Shown here piece after piece: positions 10,893 to 19,985 of a DNA stretch of 39,655 bases (position 1 is the stretch's first letter; each line of letters opens with the position of its first letter). The notes below the pieces were generated by a model. It did not search any database. It saw only the letters and a program-made list of their open reading frames with translations, and had not been told where the DNA came from. The DNA comes from a virus. Taxonomy: Duplodnaviria; Caudoviricetes. Location of the stretch: IMG/VR virus record IMGVR_UViG_3300027769_000061, positions 1 to 39,655 of that record; one strand, 5' to 3'. The position numbers and the translations under genes are program-made.

Positions 10893-12781
10893 TATAGGTA
10901 CGCAAGATCGATTAAAAGTTTGTTTTTAATAAAATTATTTAACAATTTAAATTCACTGATTGTTGGTGCGTATGATGGTTGTTCTGCTGGATAGGATACT
11001 TGGGATTGTTGTGGTTTTGTGTCATCTATAATTACAACCTGAGATCCTTTTCTCTGAGGAGTCATCGCAGCAGGTTGTGCCACTCTTGTTGGAGGTGCTG
11101 AAATTTGTGCTTGAGTTTTTGAATATTCGGATGATGTATTAAATGGTGCATATTTACTATACTTATTAAGAGCATCAAATCTTCCTGTTATTATTCCACC
11201 ATTCCACCCAGTTCCTGTTTCCCAATGAAGATGGGGTCCAGTAGTTCTTCCAGACATCCCTACCTTTCCAATTACTTCTCCTTTTTTAACTGTACCTCCT
11301 TTTTTATATCCAGATTGCATGTGAGCATATAAATGATAAATTCCAAGATTATCCTTCATCACCAAAAAGTTTCCCCATCCTTTTTCATAATCTGAGTCAA
11401 CAATTTGACCATCAGAAATTGCTCTCAATGGAGTTCCTGAAGGAACTTGCAAATCAACCCCACCATGATTTCTTCCAGCACCAAGACGATCACCAACTAA
11501 TGGTTTTATATTTCCTGCAGGAACTTGTACCATAGGTGATTGTGCTGCTGTGGAAGTAATTACAACATTATCAGAAATACCAAATTCTTTCTTTTTCTTC
11601 TGAATTCTTCCACCCATTTCAGCAATGGTTATTTTTCCATCCTGATTGGTATCAAGAGGTGCATTTGAAGCATATTCTCTAGAAGGTGAACTATAAAGAA
11701 CTTTATTGGGATCGCCGGAAGCATATGCTGGAGCAAAAACAGTTGCATATAATTGTCCAGCACCTGCTCCCTTTTTCAATTTTCTTGTTTCAAAATACTT
11801 ATCAACATATTTCATTTGCTCTGCTCTACTCATTTTCATTAGAGCAGATTGTGTTGTTCCTACTGATCTTGCTTCATTCGCCCCAAATTGAATTAAACCA
11901 ACATATCCACCAACTTGTCCCGCAGAAGGATCGAATCCGCTTTCGGATGCAATTAATCCTAGTAAATCTCCTTCTCGGATATTATATTTTTGTGATACTC
12001 TTTTAATTTCTCCTAAAAATGCTGCATCAGTTCCAACTCTTTGTCTTGCTACTCCAGATAATCCTGCTGTTGCGTATCCACCTTCAGTTGGAAACATCGT
12101 ATCAGGTCTTTCTTCACCAAGTCCAGGTCCTTCTTCACCCGTTTCTACTGATTTGTTTAGGGGAGTTGTAAAGAGTTCAAATGTTTTAGTAATATCATCT
12201 CCCAAACTCTGAACTGCAAGATTTAATCCATCAAAAGATTGTGCAACACTCCCATCACTAAATTCATCAAAATTTAAAGTAATAATAGCATTGAAAGAAT
12301 TTTTTAAAACAGATCCAAAAGAACTTATGATTAATTTCATATTATCAACCATATTATACATTGATCTACCAAACATTTCAATTCTGGAAATAAATTCCTT
12401 TCCCATAAAAATCCATGTGGGCAAATTTTCTACAATCCAACCAGCAAATGTAAATCCCAAAAATCCTAATAATCTGCTCAAAGGTCCTTTATCGCTTCTG
12501 TTAGCAAAAGCAAGACCTCTTGATGGAGATGTTGAAACTTTTGAGGATTCTATCTGATCTTCAAGTTGTTGTCTCTTTGATGCCTCTTCTCTTCTAATAC
12601 CAATAATTTTGGAATTTTCAAATAATTCTCTTTTAACTCTAGTATTTGTTGCAATGATTCTGGAAATATTATTCACAGAATCATTCACTGAAGAAACATT
12701 TTTCTTTGTTTCAGTCAGCGACTTGGAAATAGTATTGATATTAATTGATGACTTTTTAAGAGAATCTGCTATTGTTGCCAT
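10892..12781 (-). CDS. Tape-measure/hub-like protein with lytic transglycosylase and M23 peptidase domains
   Basis: Helical N-terminus; LIASESGFDPSA...YVGLIQF (SLT-like); HGGVDL and TTGPHLHWE (M23 HxxxD and HxH motifs). Confidence 0.8.
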   Translation of the reverse strand: MATIADSLKKSSININTISKSLTETKKNVSSVNDSVNNISRIIATNTRVKRELFENSKIIGIRREEASKRQQLEDQIESSKVSTSPSRGLAFANRSDKGPLSRLLGFLGFTFAGWIVENLPTWIFMGKEFISRIEMFGRSMYNMVDNMKLIISSFGSVLKNSFNAIITLNFDEFSDGSVAQSFDGLNLAVQSLGDDITKTFELFTTPLNKSVETGEEGPGLGEERPDTMFPTEGGYATAGLSGVARQRVGTDAAFLGEIKRVSQKYNIREGDLLGLIASESGFDPSAGQVGGYVGLIQFGANEARSVGTTQSALMKMSRAEQMKYVDKYFETRKLKKGAGAGQLYATVFAPAYASGDPNKVLYSSPSREYASNAPLDTNQDGKITIAEMGGRIQKKKKEFGISDNVVITSTAAQSPMVQVPAGNIKPLVGDRLGAGRNHGGVDLQVPSGTPLRAISDGQIVDSDYEKGWGNFLVMKDNLGIYHLYAHMQSGYKKGGTVKKGEVIGKVGMSGRTTGPHLHWETGTGWNGGIITGRFDALNKYSKYAPFNTSSEYSKTQAQISAPPTRVAQPAAMTPQRKGSQVVIIDDTKPQQSQVSYPAEQPSYAPTISEFKLLNNFIKNKLLIDLAYL

Positions 12782-12782
12782 T

Positions 12783-14438
12783 TTATATCACCACATTATA
12801 AGTTAATTGGGAGTAGAGAACATAAAAATTATCGGGGTTTGCAGAGTTGATTAAAGGAACATCAGATAATGCTCCACTTGTAACAGGAACATTTTGTTGT
12901 TGATTTGCATTGTTTGATGTTTTAATCATTGTCAATGATGGTTTTGGTTCAGGAAGTTGACCAACTTTTACGGGTTCTTTTGGCAATGCGGCAACTTGTG
13001 CTGGGGTAGACATTTGTGCGGGAACTGCACTTTCTTTCATAGATTGTGGAGTTGTTTGAGTCTGACTCATCATTGAAGAGGACTCTTTCAATTTCATTTC
13101 ATTCCAATTATATCCTTTTGATTTTGCCCATTCTTTTGCTTGTCGGCGTTCTTCATCACTCATCTTATCCCAAGCACCTTCTATTCTTCCTCTTGCTAAA
13201 GGATTATTCCTGTATTGCCATGCTTGTTCGAATTGAGAAACTCTTTCTGGACTTGGTGTGGGAGTTGCTGCTTCTTGTTTTTGCTCACCCATCATAGGTG
13301 TTTTTGGTTGCACCATAGGTTGCGGTGGTGCAGGAGGAGTTGATGATGGTACTGGTTTTGGTGAAGCAGTAGAAGTATCGGTCTTATTTTCTTTTTTAAA
13401 TACCTTTGCAATTTCATCAACTTTTTTATTTAAACTTTCATCATCAAATATATTTTTACCAAATGCTTCAGCAATTTCATCGGCAGTAAAAGCAATACCA
13501 GCAATCTTTCCAATTGCTCCGAGTGGTCCTGGTGCTCTGGCAGCAAAACTAAGAGCAGATAATGTAGCATCAGTAAATTCTTTATTTTTAAGATTCATCA
13601 ATGTGCTTAAAAATGTAACAAATTTACCAACTCCTCCAAGTATTCCTCCTGATTTTGGTCCTGTAGTTGCGGGTGGTTTTCCACCAGATCCCATTCCAGG
13701 AATTCTAAGTAACCCAGCAGCAAGTGCAAGTGGTTTTGCAATTAGTAATCTTGTCAATCCGGATGCAACTTTAGCAATTGTATTTTTAACTAAAGAAAAT
13801 CCTGTTTTAATTGCCAATAATCCACCACCAACAATTGCAAGATTTTTGAGAATATTGAATTTAATATCATTGAATAATTTTGTATTGCCCCCTTCAGATG
13901 CTTTTATTGCTTGAATAACTTGATTAGTTAACCAACCACCAAATAAAATTGTAAGTGCTTGTCCAATTTTTCCAAAGACATCATTTACTTGAGGAACCAA
14001 TCTTTGAACAGGTGCCACAAGAGCACTTTGTATTTTTTCTTCTATGTCACTTTCTTTACCAATTCTAACCTGACGCTCTGCAAGTCTCCTTTGTTTTTCT
14101 TGATCTGCTCTAAGTCTAGATTGTTCCTCAGCACCATCTTGTTGGAGAAGTAGTGCTATATTTGCAAGACCTGTTCCAAGTTTACCAATATCATTTCTTA
14201 GTGCTTGAATATTTGAATTAAACCCAATTAATACATTTTCTTGCTCACGAATAACATTTGTATTTTGTAAGTCTAATTCTCTTCTTCTACCTTCAACCGC
14301 TAATAATTCATTTCTAAAAACTGATGCATCAAATGTAGTCTTTTTTAGAAGACTATTTCTAACTTCCTGAGACAATATAGATCCTGTAATTGGATCAATG
14401 CCAGATTTTCCAACTTTTTCTGGATCTATCTCAGCCAT
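12783..14438 (-). CDS. Tape-measure-like (gp29-position) helical protein
   Basis: Coiled-coil N-terminus, Gly/Ala/Leu-rich amphipathic middle and Pro/Gln-rich tail. Follows gp26/gp51. Start taken at MAEID. Confidence 0.55.
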   Translation of the reverse strand: MAEIDPEKVGKSGIDPITGSILSQEVRNSLLKKTTFDASVFRNELLAVEGRRRELDLQNTNVIREQENVLIGFNSNIQALRNDIGKLGTGLANIALLLQQDGAEEQSRLRADQEKQRRLAERQVRIGKESDIEEKIQSALVAPVQRLVPQVNDVFGKIGQALTILFGGWLTNQVIQAIKASEGGNTKLFNDIKFNILKNLAIVGGGLLAIKTGFSLVKNTIAKVASGLTRLLIAKPLALAAGLLRIPGMGSGGKPPATTGPKSGGILGGVGKFVTFLSTLMNLKNKEFTDATLSALSFAARAPGPLGAIGKIAGIAFTADEIAEAFGKNIFDDESLNKKVDEIAKVFKKENKTDTSTASPKPVPSSTPPAPPQPMVQPKTPMMGEQKQEAATPTPSPERVSQFEQAWQYRNNPLARGRIEGAWDKMSDEERRQAKEWAKSKGYNWNEMKLKESSSMMSQTQTTPQSMKESAVPAQMSTPAQVAALPKEPVKVGQLPEPKPSLTMIKTSNNANQQQNVPVTSGALSDVPLINSANPDNFYVLYSQLTYNVVI

Positions 14439-14604
14439 TTGCACTGTGTTTTAGGTTTTCTTCTTCAATATATTGTTTAAGGAGAGCAATATAAATTTCT
14501 CTCTCCCATGGTATCATATTTTCTATCTCCGTCAATGAATATTTATGATGCTGTACCAGAGAAAAATTAGTTTTATAATATGACTCAAGATTTTCATGAG
14601 CCAT
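14431..14604 (-). CDS. gp51: Baseplate hub assembly catalyst, short cyanophage gp51-like (57 aa)
   Basis: Below the ORF-track cutoff: MAHENLESYYKTNFSLVQHHKYSLTEIENMIPWEREIYIALLKQYIEEENLKHSANG*. Confidence 0.85.
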   Translation of the reverse strand: MAHENLESYYKTNFSLVQHHKYSLTEIENMIPWEREIYIALLKQYIEEENLKHSANG

Positions 14605-14606
14605 GC

Positions 14607-15326
14607 CTAGGCGAAAAAACTTGATAATCCCTCCAGCAATACTTCACTCTCTACTTCTGTATTCGGATTTTTAACCTTAATGGTGTGAGAAAGTTTGGGC
14701 ATTGTTTCAAAAAACTTTTCAATCTGTTTAAATTGAGTTGAAGTCAATTGTTCAATAAATTCCGAAAGTTCTTTTTTTGTACAATCAACCGCTGACCATG
14801 ATTCTTCTTCACTATACACCTGCTCAATACAAGAAATAATTAAATCAAAAGTTTCGTCAACACTTATATTAAAGTCATTGCCAAAATTTGTTTTCACAAA
14901 TTCTTTCATTGATGGATATTTCATTCTCAATGTTAGATTATCATCCAAATTAATATCTCTAGAATGGTTTTCATCGATATTAATTTCAATATCATCTAAG
15001 TTAATACTTACAGGAACTTGAGTCTTTTCGTCATCGGGACATGTGATCAGAACATCAACTGCTTCTCCGACAGACTTTCCACGAATATTTAAAAATAGAT
15101 ACTCAATATCAAAAGTTGCAAGTTGTTCAACTTTGATTCCCTTTGATAAAATGCAATTTGAAATTACTGTCTTAACTGCTTCAGCAATTTGCTTAGAATC
15201 TTCACTTTCCATAGCAATAATTAATATTTTTTCTTCCTTAACAAGAAATGGGCGATATTTGATTTCTTTCTTAAGTGAAGGAATTTCTAGTGTATAGGAA
15301 GGCGTTGCAATTTTTGGAAGAACCAT
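14607..15326 (-). CDS. gp26: Baseplate hub subunit gp26-like
   Basis: LPKIATPSY...YRPFLVKEEKILIIA...FDIEYLFLNIRGKSVGE...FFETMPKL...LEGLSSFF. Confidence 0.9.
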   Translation of the reverse strand: MVLPKIATPSYTLEIPSLKKEIKYRPFLVKEEKILIIAMESEDSKQIAEAVKTVISNCILSKGIKVEQLATFDIEYLFLNIRGKSVGEAVDVLITCPDDEKTQVPVSINLDDIEINIDENHSRDINLDDNLTLRMKYPSMKEFVKTNFGNDFNISVDETFDLIISCIEQVYSEEESWSAVDCTKKELSEFIEQLTSTQFKQIEKFFETMPKLSHTIKVKNPNTEVESEVLLEGLSSFFA

Positions 15327-15351
15327 TTTTTTAATTCAAATCATTTAAACA

Positions 15352-15358
15352 TATTTAG
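15352..15358 (-). promoter_or_regulatory. T4-type late promoter (CTAAATA) for gp26
   Basis: TAAATA core about 25 nt upstream of the gp26 ATG. Confidence 0.6.
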
Positions 15359-15465
15359 TATTCAATTTTAATACGCAATGTAGTGTCGATATTTCTTTTT
15401 CTTTGATAATTTGAAAGTCCAGGAGCATTTGAAATATATCCAGTAACCAAACATTTCCAATTTAT
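15355..15465 (-). pseudogene. Probable relic of a homing endonuclease C-terminus
   Basis: Open frame without an ATG: INWKCLVTGYISNAPGLSNYQRKRNIDTTLRIKIEY*. From memory it resembles the C-terminal motif of cyanophage free-standing endonucleases. Confidence 0.5.
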
Positions 15466-16281
15466 TTATTGCCCTTTACCGTATAAATTCTCATATAAAG
15501 ATAAGTCAGATCTTAAAAATTCAACTCCATTTGAAGGTATTGATCCAGGAGATCTAGGTGTTCTTAAAACAGAAGTTGGATTTGTCTGATTTCTTGGTGC
15601 TGCTGCTGAGGGTTGAGTTGGTTCTCTGTTATTGTCTTCGACTCTTGCAATGTTAATACTATAAGATTTACCAATTACATATCGATCCATTTTAAATGAT
15701 GCTTGCATTTTCATGACATCTGACTGAGAATATGCAACAGGTATTGATGCAATACTGTATGGATATAAACCTATGAAAGTATATTCGATTTCTCTTTGAT
15801 AGTCACGGTCAAATTTTATAATACTAGTTCTATTTGATTTGTAATATTCAGGATACTGCATTCTTATAAAGTATCCCTGATCAATATTACTATTAATTGG
15901 CGCATTATTTCCATCAACAGGATTTGTAGAACCACTTGCAATGAATTCCATCCAATGCTCTAAAAATTTCAATGTATTATAATTTTTATCAACATAAAAT
16001 TCAAGACTTATATCTTGGTATTGTCTACGATGTGCAAATGTTTCTGTTATTCCTGTATAATTTCCGTCTACATTTACTGTGGCAAGTTGAGTTGTTGGAA
16101 GCACTGCATTATTACACAACAAACCAGCGTCCTCTGCAATAAATCTTGCAGTAATTCCCCTTTGACCTAGATATTTTTTTAATTGATCTGGAAGACCTCC
16201 AAACCTGACTTCATAGTGAGAAGTTTGTGCAAGATTGGTGAATAATGGTCTTATATCTGATATTTTACGGGGCGTTGCCAC
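15466..16281 (-). CDS. Tail tube initiator/tail tube-like protein (gp54/gp19 fold)
   Basis: 271 aa. LCNNAVLP...FAHRRQYQDISLEFYVD..Y..LKFLEHWMEFI...YTFIGLYP.SI.SIPV.Y motifs. Confidence 0.7.
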   Translation of the reverse strand: MATPRKISDIRPLFTNLAQTSHYEVRFGGLPDQLKKYLGQRGITARFIAEDAGLLCNNAVLPTTQLATVNVDGNYTGITETFAHRRQYQDISLEFYVDKNYNTLKFLEHWMEFIASGSTNPVDGNNAPINSNIDQGYFIRMQYPEYYKSNRTSIIKFDRDYQREIEYTFIGLYPYSIASIPVAYSQSDVMKMQASFKMDRYVIGKSYSINIARVEDNNREPTQPSAAAPRNQTNPTSVLRTPRSPGSIPSNGVEFLRSDLSLYENLYGKGQ

Positions 16282-16282
16282 T

Positions 16283-16321
16283 CTAAATACCTATTGTGAG
16301 TTTCTTATTGTAAGTATTTAG
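16283..16321. promoter_or_regulatory. Pair of oppositely oriented late promoters (CTAAATA on each strand)
   Basis: CTAAATA on + at 16283-16289 and on - at 16321-16315, in the 40-bp gap between divergent genes. Confidence 0.65.
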
Positions 16322-16759
16322 ATGTCATATAAAGGAAAATATCAACCATCCTTTCCTGAAAAATATAATGGTGATCCAACAAATATCATCTATAGGTCTT
16401 TATGGGAACGAAAGTTTTGTGTCTATTGTGATACAAATGAAAACATCATATCTTGGGAATCTGAAGAAAAAGCAATTCCTTATCGCTCACCAATAGACGG
16501 AAAAATTCACAGATACTACCCTGACTTTCTCATAAAAGTAAAAGAACCTAATGGTTCAATCAAAAAATATATGATTGAGGTTAAACCTAAAAAGCAAACT
16601 GCACCCCCTCCTAAACCTCAAAGACAAACAAAAAGATATATTAGTGAAGTTTATGAATATGCTAAGAATCAGGCAAAATGGGAGGCAGCAAAAGAATGGT
16701 GTGCTGATCGTGGTTATGAGTTCAAAGTAATCACAGAAAACGAATTAGGTATCAAATAA
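16322..16759 (+). CDS. gp4: Head completion protein gp4
   Basis: YKGKY.P..P.KY.GDPTNIIYRSLWE...HRYYPDF...IEVKPKKQT...NQAKWEAA...FKVITE. Confidence 0.92.
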   Translation: MSYKGKYQPSFPEKYNGDPTNIIYRSLWERKFCVYCDTNENIISWESEEKAIPYRSPIDGKIHRYYPDFLIKVKEPNGSIKKYMIEVKPKKQTAPPPKPQRQTKRYISEVYEYAKNQAKWEAAKEWCADRGYEFKVITENELGIK

Positions 16760-17340
16760 TGCCACTCACAGGATACGAAAAACCATTAGAGGATTATACC
16801 AAAGAACAATTAATTGAGATTGCAAAATTTCATAACATTTATTATGCAACTGCAAGTGGACTAGGAAAACTTAGTGGATATGATAGATTAACTAAAGGAC
16901 AATTGATTAATATTATCAGAACTGATCTTGATTATGTTGAAGCAAATCCACAATTACCAAGAAAAGTTGGTTCAAAGAAAAAAACAAATCAACTTAAAAA
17001 TTTAAAAGAATCTTTATTGGAAAATGAAAGACCAGAAGAACTTATGAATGAAATATTAACAAGATTAAGTGGAAGTGAAGTCTCTTTTCCAACTCCAGGA
17101 AAATATTATACTTACATCTATTATGCAAAAACACCAAGAATTCGTTATGATCAACATCCACTAATTCGTGCAGGAGATATTCTACCAAGAGGATTCAGAG
17201 GGTTTAATTTTCATCTTGGAAAAATCAGACAATATAATACACAAGATGGTGATCGATTAGTGAGTGGATTATATGAATTAAGTAGAGAAGAATTTAAAAC
17301 TCTATTAACAATTCCTTACGGAAAATTAGTTCAAAATTAA
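16759..17340 (+). CDS. gp2-like DNA end-protector-related protein with an N-terminal extension
   Basis: PGKYYTYIYYAKTP...YDQHPLI...GFRGFNFH resembles the gp2 core; adjacent to gp4. Confidence 0.55.
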   Translation: MPLTGYEKPLEDYTKEQLIEIAKFHNIYYATASGLGKLSGYDRLTKGQLINIIRTDLDYVEANPQLPRKVGSKKKTNQLKNLKESLLENERPEELMNEILTRLSGSEVSFPTPGKYYTYIYYAKTPRIRYDQHPLIRAGDILPRGFRGFNFHLGKIRQYNTQDGDRLVSGLYELSREEFKTLLTIPYGKLVQN

Positions 17341-17342
17341 CA

Positions 17343-17349
17343 ATAAATA
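17343..17349 (+). promoter_or_regulatory. Late promoter (ATAAATA) for gp48-gp53
   Basis: TAAATA core about 13 nt upstream of the ATG. Confidence 0.6.
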
Positions 17350-17362
17350 GTTAAAAAAATAA

Positions 17363-18268
17363 ATGGCACCCATACTCCGCTATCCACTTAATAATATTGA
17401 TAAAGGAGACGATTACTTTAAGATCCAGGTTATTGAATATAAAGCACCTAGTCTTAATTTGACGGGTGGATTTGCATTGTCAACAACAGAAGATGCATTA
17501 AGACAATCTGGAAATATTCAAAGACCAGAAGCAGTCATCATACTTCCAATGCCAGCAAATATTCAAGACAGTAATGCTGCAGATTGGGTATCTGGAAGTA
17601 TGAATCCTGTTGTTAGTGGTTTAGCAGTAGCTGCATCATCGGCTGTGCAAAGTGGTAATATAGGTGGTTCTATGCAAGAGTCAATACTTAAAGGATTTTC
17701 TAATTTAGGTGCTGCCATTAATACTGGAGAAGGTCAAAAGGCTGTTGCTGCAGGAACTGCCGCTGCAGCATTAGCAGCAGCATTAGGTCAAGGAGATACT
17801 AACCAAATCATATCAAGAGCAACGGGAATGGTATTCAATCAAAATGTTGAATTATTATTCAATGGAGTAACATTGAGACCAGCATTTAATTTTATATTTG
17901 ATTTAGTTCCAAGATCAAAAAAAGAATCTGAAAGAATTAAAGAAATTATTCGCACATTCAAAGTGAATATGACTCCACAAAAAGGAAGACCGAATGAACT
18001 TGGTGGAGGTCTCTTTGTCAAAGCACCCAATGTATTCAAATTAGAATATATGAGTGGTGGAACTGTTCATCCATTTTTACACCGTTTTAAACCATGTGCT
18101 TTAACCCAAATGAGTGTTAATTATAATGGATCTGCTCAGTATGCAACTTATCCCGATGCGACACCAGTTCATATGCAATTAACTTTACAGTTCCAAGAAC
18201 TCACACCAATTTACAAAGAAAGTTACGAAGAACTTGCAAATTCTGGAGACACTTCTGTAGGTTACTAA
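17363..18268 (+). CDS. gp48: Baseplate tail tube cap gp48
   Basis: LRYP...IILPMP.NIQDSN...NQNVELLFNGVTLR.FNF.F.LVPRS..E...CALTQMSVNY...L.FQELTPIY. Confidence 0.88.
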   Translation: MAPILRYPLNNIDKGDDYFKIQVIEYKAPSLNLTGGFALSTTEDALRQSGNIQRPEAVIILPMPANIQDSNAADWVSGSMNPVVSGLAVAASSAVQSGNIGGSMQESILKGFSNLGAAINTGEGQKAVAAGTAAAALAAALGQGDTNQIISRATGMVFNQNVELLFNGVTLRPAFNFIFDLVPRSKKESERIKEIIRTFKVNMTPQKGRPNELGGGLFVKAPNVFKLEYMSGGTVHPFLHRFKPCALTQMSVNYNGSAQYATYPDATPVHMQLTLQFQELTPIYKESYEELANSGDTSVGY

Positions 18269-18269
18269 A

Positions 18270-18956
18270 ATGTCATACTTTAGAGAGTTACCAAATCTAC
18301 AATATCAATCCTTTCTTTCCGATAGAAAGTCTGTTGATGATTATGTTCTTGTAAAAAATCTTTTTCGTAGAGTTAAACTTCGTGATGATTTGCAAAATGT
18401 ATTCACAATATTTGATAAGTATCAAATTCCTGATGGATCAAGACCAGATCTTGTAGCAGAAGAACTTTATGGAAGTGCTCAATATGATTGGGTTGTTTTA
18501 GTTACTGCAGGAATTACAAGAATTAGAGATCAATGGCCATTATCAGATAAACAAGTTTATGATTATGCCGAAGAACTCTATGGGGAAAATTTAAATGCAG
18601 TACATCATTATGAAACTATAGAAATAAAAGATTCTCAAAATAAATTAATTCTCCCTGCTGGTAAAGTTGTAGATCCTAATTTTAAGATATCTTATTACGA
18701 TAATGGAAATCTCTATACTAATGAAAATACATTAGGTTTAAACATTGTAAATATACAAAATCCTATAATTGGAATCAGTAACTATGAATATGAAGTTAGA
18801 AGAAACAATGAAAAAAGAGCAATCTATGTATTGAAACCAGTATACCTACAACAAGTTCTTAATGATACTAGAAAAGCAATGATTTATGATAATTCTTCAC
18901 AATATGTTGATGATAGATTAATTAAAACAGAAAATACAAGATCATTAATTTCATAA
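18270..18956 (+). CDS. gp53: Baseplate wedge subunit gp53
   Basis: MSYFRELPN...KNLFRR...RPDLVAEELYG...WVVL...QWPL...HHYET...YEYE...NEKR.I.VLKP. Confidence 0.9.
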   Translation: MSYFRELPNLQYQSFLSDRKSVDDYVLVKNLFRRVKLRDDLQNVFTIFDKYQIPDGSRPDLVAEELYGSAQYDWVVLVTAGITRIRDQWPLSDKQVYDYAEELYGENLNAVHHYETIEIKDSQNKLILPAGKVVDPNFKISYYDNGNLYTNENTLGLNIVNIQNPIIGISNYEYEVRRNNEKRAIYVLKPVYLQQVLNDTRKAMIYDNSSQYVDDRLIKTENTRSLIS

Positions 18957-18975
18957 AAAGGGGGGGGGTCCCCCC
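18955..18975 (-). terminator. Rho-independent terminator between convergent gp53 and gp32
   Basis: The minus strand reads GGGGGG-ACCC-CCCCCC-TTTTT. Confidence 0.7.
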
Positions 18976-18989
18976 ATTATAAGATTTAA

Positions 18990-19913
18990 TCAGTCTTCGG
19001 CAAGTTTTGCAAAGTAACTGAGGGCATCATCGTCCTCATCTTCCTCAACCACAGCAGCACGGCGGGTAGGTTTCAGATTACTCAGTTCACTGCGGAGACC
19101 ATCGTCAAGATCCTTCACTGGACCACGATAATCTTCTTCATCTTCAACCTCTTCATCAATCCGAGTTGAAGTCTTGGCACCAAGAACAGAATCAAGACGC
19201 TTCTTCAGTTCATCATAAGTCTTGTATTCGCTAGGAGAAAGGAATTCTGCCAGAGAATACTGCTTTTTCCAAATTGCTTCCATAGAATCATCATCGTCCA
19301 GAAGAGCACTCTGAGAAGCAAACTCACTAGAATCATAGTTACGATATCCAGCAACATTCTTTGCTTTCAGTTTGAAGTTAGCACCTTGCCAAAAATCAAA
19401 TGGATCAATAGGAGACTCATCTTCAAATTCAGGTTGCATTGCCTCAGTAAGTTTGTCAAAGATTTTCTTACCGTACTTGAACAGAAAGACTTTACCTTCG
19501 TTATCAGGATTTGCAGGATCCTTTACAACATAGATATTGCTTACATAAGTCAGTTTACGCTTTTGCTTACGAGCTACTTCTTTACCAGCATCAGTTCCAT
19601 TGTTCCACAGACCAGAATTATACTCACAAACAGGACACTTTTGTCCATTCAAAGTAGTCAGGCAATTATCAATCAACCAACCGCCAGGCCCTTGAAAGGC
19701 GTGAGAATAAACCTTCACAAAAGGAAGATCTTCACCATCGGGAGCAGGAAGAAAACGGATTACGGCATATCCATTACCGCTTTTATCAACATCTAACTTC
19801 CAAAGACGGTCATCAGAAGAACCGCTACTAGTATTCATTTTTTCAACTTCTTTCACCAGTTTGGCAGTGAGAGAACCAAGTTTAGATTGCTTTTTAAGAT
19901 CAGAAAACCCCAT
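18990..19913 (-). CDS. gp32: Single-stranded DNA-binding protein gp32
   Basis: DDRLWK..DKSGNGYAVIRFLPA...HAFQGPGGW...CPVC...PFDFWQGANFKLK...NYDSSEF, with an acidic tail ending ALSYFAKLAED. Confidence 0.96.
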   Translation of the reverse strand: MGFSDLKKQSKLGSLTAKLVKEVEKMNTSSGSSDDRLWKLDVDKSGNGYAVIRFLPAPDGEDLPFVKVYSHAFQGPGGWLIDNCLTTLNGQKCPVCEYNSGLWNNGTDAGKEVARKQKRKLTYVSNIYVVKDPANPDNEGKVFLFKYGKKIFDKLTEAMQPEFEDESPIDPFDFWQGANFKLKAKNVAGYRNYDSSEFASQSALLDDDDSMEAIWKKQYSLAEFLSPSEYKTYDELKKRLDSVLGAKTSTRIDEEVEDEEDYRGPVKDLDDGLRSELSNLKPTRRAAVVEEDEDDDALSYFAKLAED

Positions 19914-19956
19914 TTCGGATACCTCGGATAAATTTGATTTGTTGGATTACTTGGAT

Positions 19957-19985
19957 AGTATAGCGAAGATTGGTCGATTAGTCAA
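19957..19985 (-). promoter_or_regulatory. Sigma70-type early promoter for gp32
   Basis: TTGACT-N17-TATACT. Confidence 0.75.

Noticed and set aside
14604-15468. Stop-codon reassignment or readthrough (TAG of gp26, TAA of the tail-tube gene)
   Set aside because: Core genes are full length under the standard code and end in all three stop codons. gp51 is in the -1 frame relative to gp26, not in frame.
16322-16759. TnsA-like endonuclease suggesting a Tn7-type element
   Set aside because: It matches T4 gp4 head completion protein in its usual context. No transposase genes or element ends are visible.
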